Shown here piece by piece: positions 61,789 through 64,000 of a stretch of 64,000 nt of DNA; the stretch's first letter is position 1, and each line of letters begins with the position of its first letter. A program made the translations under genes and the position numbers. The stretch is from Candidatus Latescibacterota bacterium (GTDB taxonomy: Bacteria > Latescibacterota > UBA2968 > UBA8231): NCBI GenBank assembly GCA_965197905.1, contig CBDAOB010000004.1:896001-960000 (forward strand), read 5' to 3'. The notes under the pieces were generated by a model. That model was given only the letters and a program-made list of their open reading frames with translations, was not told the DNA's origin and did no database searches.

Positions 61789-62433
61789 CTACCGAACTAG
61801 GCGCGCGCTCACGATGTAATCTAGATCGGGGTACTCTTCCTGCAGGTAGGCGTTGCCTTGTAACTGGATCCGGCCCTGGTCTGGCAGCTCCTGGTGTTTG
61901 TCATTGATGCCGTCCACCACGTCCATGCCTTCGGTGACCTTGCCAAAGGTGGCGAATCCCATGCGGTCCAGGTGGACATTGTCGTCGAAGTTGATAAAAA
62001 CCTGGGTGGTGCGACTGTGGGGTTGGTTTGATTTGGCAAAGGCGATGGTCCCGGGCGCGTTGCGGGACTTCACCGGATCGTCCTTGATGGTCGCATCGCG
62101 CCACTTCCTGGAGATCTCCGGATCGCCGTGAATTCCGAACTGTACCACGAAGTTTGGGACGACGCGAAAAAACCGCTGCTCGTCGTAGAAACCGTTCATA
62201 ACCAGATTGTAGAACCGATCCACGCCGACGGGAGCGTGGCTGCGAGTGACCGCCAGTCGGAACTCGCCGGCGCTAGTATTGAACTTGACTACGAATTTGT
62301 CTGGAGCCCGTTCGTTCATCTCGTCGCTCTTGGGCATCAGTAGCGCCTCTTTATCGAACCCTCCGTGTTCTTGCTCGCCGCAGCCAGAAAGAAATAGGAA
62401 GGCGCAAACATAAAGCGCGCAGAGTTTCATCAT
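61789..62433 (-). CDS. Cyclophilin-type peptidyl-prolyl isomerase (lipoprotein)
   Basis: LSGC lipobox; FFRVVPNFVVQFG, RTTQVFIN and FGKV motifs. Confidence 0.92.
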   Translation of the reverse strand: MMKLCALYVCAFLFLSGCGEQEHGGFDKEALLMPKSDEMNERAPDKFVVKFNTSAGEFRLAVTRSHAPVGVDRFYNLVMNGFYDEQRFFRVVPNFVVQFGIHGDPEISRKWRDATIKDDPVKSRNAPGTIAFAKSNQPHSRTTQVFINFDDNVHLDRMGFATFGKVTEGMDVVDGINDKHQELPDQGRIQLQGNAYLQEEYPDLDYIVSARLVR

Positions 62434-62479
62434 TCGAGGTACCCACTCCTTTTATAGATTGTTTCAGAATCCCCGGACG

Positions 62480-62522
62480 AAGTATAGGATAAATAAACAC
62501 CGTTATCGATGTGCGGCGAGGG
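62480..62522 (-). repeat. Junction motif, subfamily A copy
   Basis: Minus strand reads CCCTCGCCGCACATCGATAACGGTGTTTATTTATCCTATACTT; ends 47 bp before the PPIase start. Confidence 0.88.
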
Positions 62523-62551
62523 ACGCCAAGACGACGGGAAGGACAGCGAGA

Positions 62552-62656
62552 ATGGAAGTCGTAGACCAGCAGTTCGTGTACAGCGACGGCCACAACAATG
62601 CGTGGACGGACCTGGCCCTTTTCCAGGACCGCTGGTACGTGTTCTTCAAGAGGGCA
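62552..62656 (+). pseudogene. N-terminal stump of a sialidase-like protein
   Basis: MEVVDQQFVYSDGHNNAWTDLALFQDRWYVFFKRA resembles the 'HNAFTDL..F...WY..FREG' N-terminus; the ORF then dies at 62734. Confidence 0.65.
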
Positions 62657-62885
62657 GTGGAGATTCTGTCAGCGGGACTGCCTCCAAGGCAGAACCGGTG
62701 TCACTCTGTGTCCAGCCGTTTGTTGATGCGCTAACTATCAGAACGATGAAGGCTGCCGGAATTCAAAATCCGTCTCCCGAAATAAGGTTGCTCAGCACCG
62801 CTGGCTCCTCCGACTCTTCTTGTTTAATGTGAATATCTGTAACGAGGCGTTCGAAAGGTAGCTCATTCTCCGGGAGATCAAAAAC

Positions 62886-63935
62886 ATGGCCAAACTCACC
62901 GACAAGGAACGAAAGCAGAAAGCCCTGGCCCGCAAGCGCGCCGCCTATCCCGACCAGGTTATCGGCTTCTGGAAGGACGCGATGCGCGACCGCATCGATG
63001 CGACTCGAAAGCTGGCCTCCTTCAAAGTCCGTCGAGGAGATTGTCACAGCCATTCGACCTACAGCGATGGAATCGGAACCGTGCCAGAGATCGCGAGCTG
63101 GGTCGACAGGGCGGGACTGGACTTCTTCTTCTTGACGGACCACCACACCGTTCGGCAGAAGACGGAATGCGTCAAATACAGGAACATGTGGTGGGGTCAG
63201 GAGCCGGGGACACAGTATCACCACCTGGGTATCCTCGGTCTGGACAGGAAGTACACGGTGAAACAAGATCTGGTCAAAGACTACCAGGCGGTCATAGCGC
63301 GCGGTGGTTTTCCTTTCATCCCCCACCCCAACGGCTGGTTTCCGCGCCGGCGCTACACCAAGCAGCAGGTTGACTCGTTGAATCTGCTTGGAGACGACTT
63401 TACGATGGAACTGATCAACGGCGCCAACAACATCTTCGACTGCTTTGATATCACCGACAGGTGGTCGGTCGAGCTTTGGGACCGATTTCTCTGTCAAGGC
63501 AAAGTGGTCCGAGGCATGGGAAACACGGATGCGCACTTGCCGCAAGCCATCGGAGATGTATGGAACGGCGTCTCCGTGGATCGCTTGACCAAAAAGAACG
63601 TGCTGGACGCCTTCTGGGCAGGCCACTTCTTCGCTTCCGACGCGCCGTTCATCAATTTGAGGTGTGGCCGAAGTCAAATGGGCGACACGGTCAGGAAGCG
63701 GAAGGGCAGCAGCGTCGAGGTGCGCTTCGAGTGCGTCGACAGCATGGGACTGCAGCAGGTACGAATCGTCGCCGATGGCAAGGTGGTCAAGGAGATCTGG
63801 CCCAAGGACGAGCAGGTTGTCAAGGGAACACACAGATTGAGATTCAGGAGCGGGACATCCTACATCCGCGTCGAGTGCTTCGCCAGGGATAACCGGAAAG
63901 CCTTCGCGAATCCGATCTACATCCGGGAGGCCTAG
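62886..63935 (+). CDS. PHP-domain metallohydrolase (CehA/McbA-like)
   Basis: GDCHSHSTYSDG, TDHH, PHP, GNTDAH and NPIY motifs. Confidence 0.85.
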   Translation: MAKLTDKERKQKALARKRAAYPDQVIGFWKDAMRDRIDATRKLASFKVRRGDCHSHSTYSDGIGTVPEIASWVDRAGLDFFFLTDHHTVRQKTECVKYRNMWWGQEPGTQYHHLGILGLDRKYTVKQDLVKDYQAVIARGGFPFIPHPNGWFPRRRYTKQQVDSLNLLGDDFTMELINGANNIFDCFDITDRWSVELWDRFLCQGKVVRGMGNTDAHLPQAIGDVWNGVSVDRLTKKNVLDAFWAGHFFASDAPFINLRCGRSQMGDTVRKRKGSSVEVRFECVDSMGLQQVRIVADGKVVKEIWPKDEQVVKGTHRLRFRSGTSYIRVECFARDNRKAFANPIYIREA

Positions 63936-64000
63936 CCTCCGGGGCGAAACCATGCCAGTTGAGAATTCCAGACGAGGAAACCTGTAACGGCCGACATTCC

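Overview
High-GC bacterial accessory region with about 45 genes. Almost all are stand-alone catabolic or modifying enzymes: 7 near-complete PhyH-type Fe(II)/2-oxoglutarate dioxygenases, 4 GH32/GH43-like propeller proteins, 4 SDRs, sialidase-like proteins, a sulfatase, a P450, an amidase, a vanadium haloperoxidase-like protein, UxuA and others. There are also two large secreted eukaryote-like repeat proteins. I see no rRNA, tRNA, CRISPR, integrase or intact transposase. The gene content and FlgD-Ig tails suggest a Latescibacterota/Poribacteria-like marine or sponge-associated organism (inference only). The main signal is structural. The window is a patchwork of unrelated genes separated by a dozen or more short gene stumps and two in-frame chimeras. 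At least 8 copies of one unannotated ~45-bp motif (CC(T/C)YGCCGC-N7-CGATAA-N4-(T)TTATT-N5-TAnnnT) sit at the heads of transcription blocks. Two copies are the end of a ~125-bp element. In the clearest cases the motif cuts directly into coding sequence right after its -10-like hexamer. The end resembles an IS91/ISCR rolling-circle oriIS, and an IS91-like oriIS and an IS91 transposase tail also occur in the window. My working hypothesis is a portable-promoter / rolling-circle gene-capture system that builds and expresses an integrase-free enzyme cassette island. About a dozen frameshifts fall mostly in short homopolymers and are probably sequencing errors.
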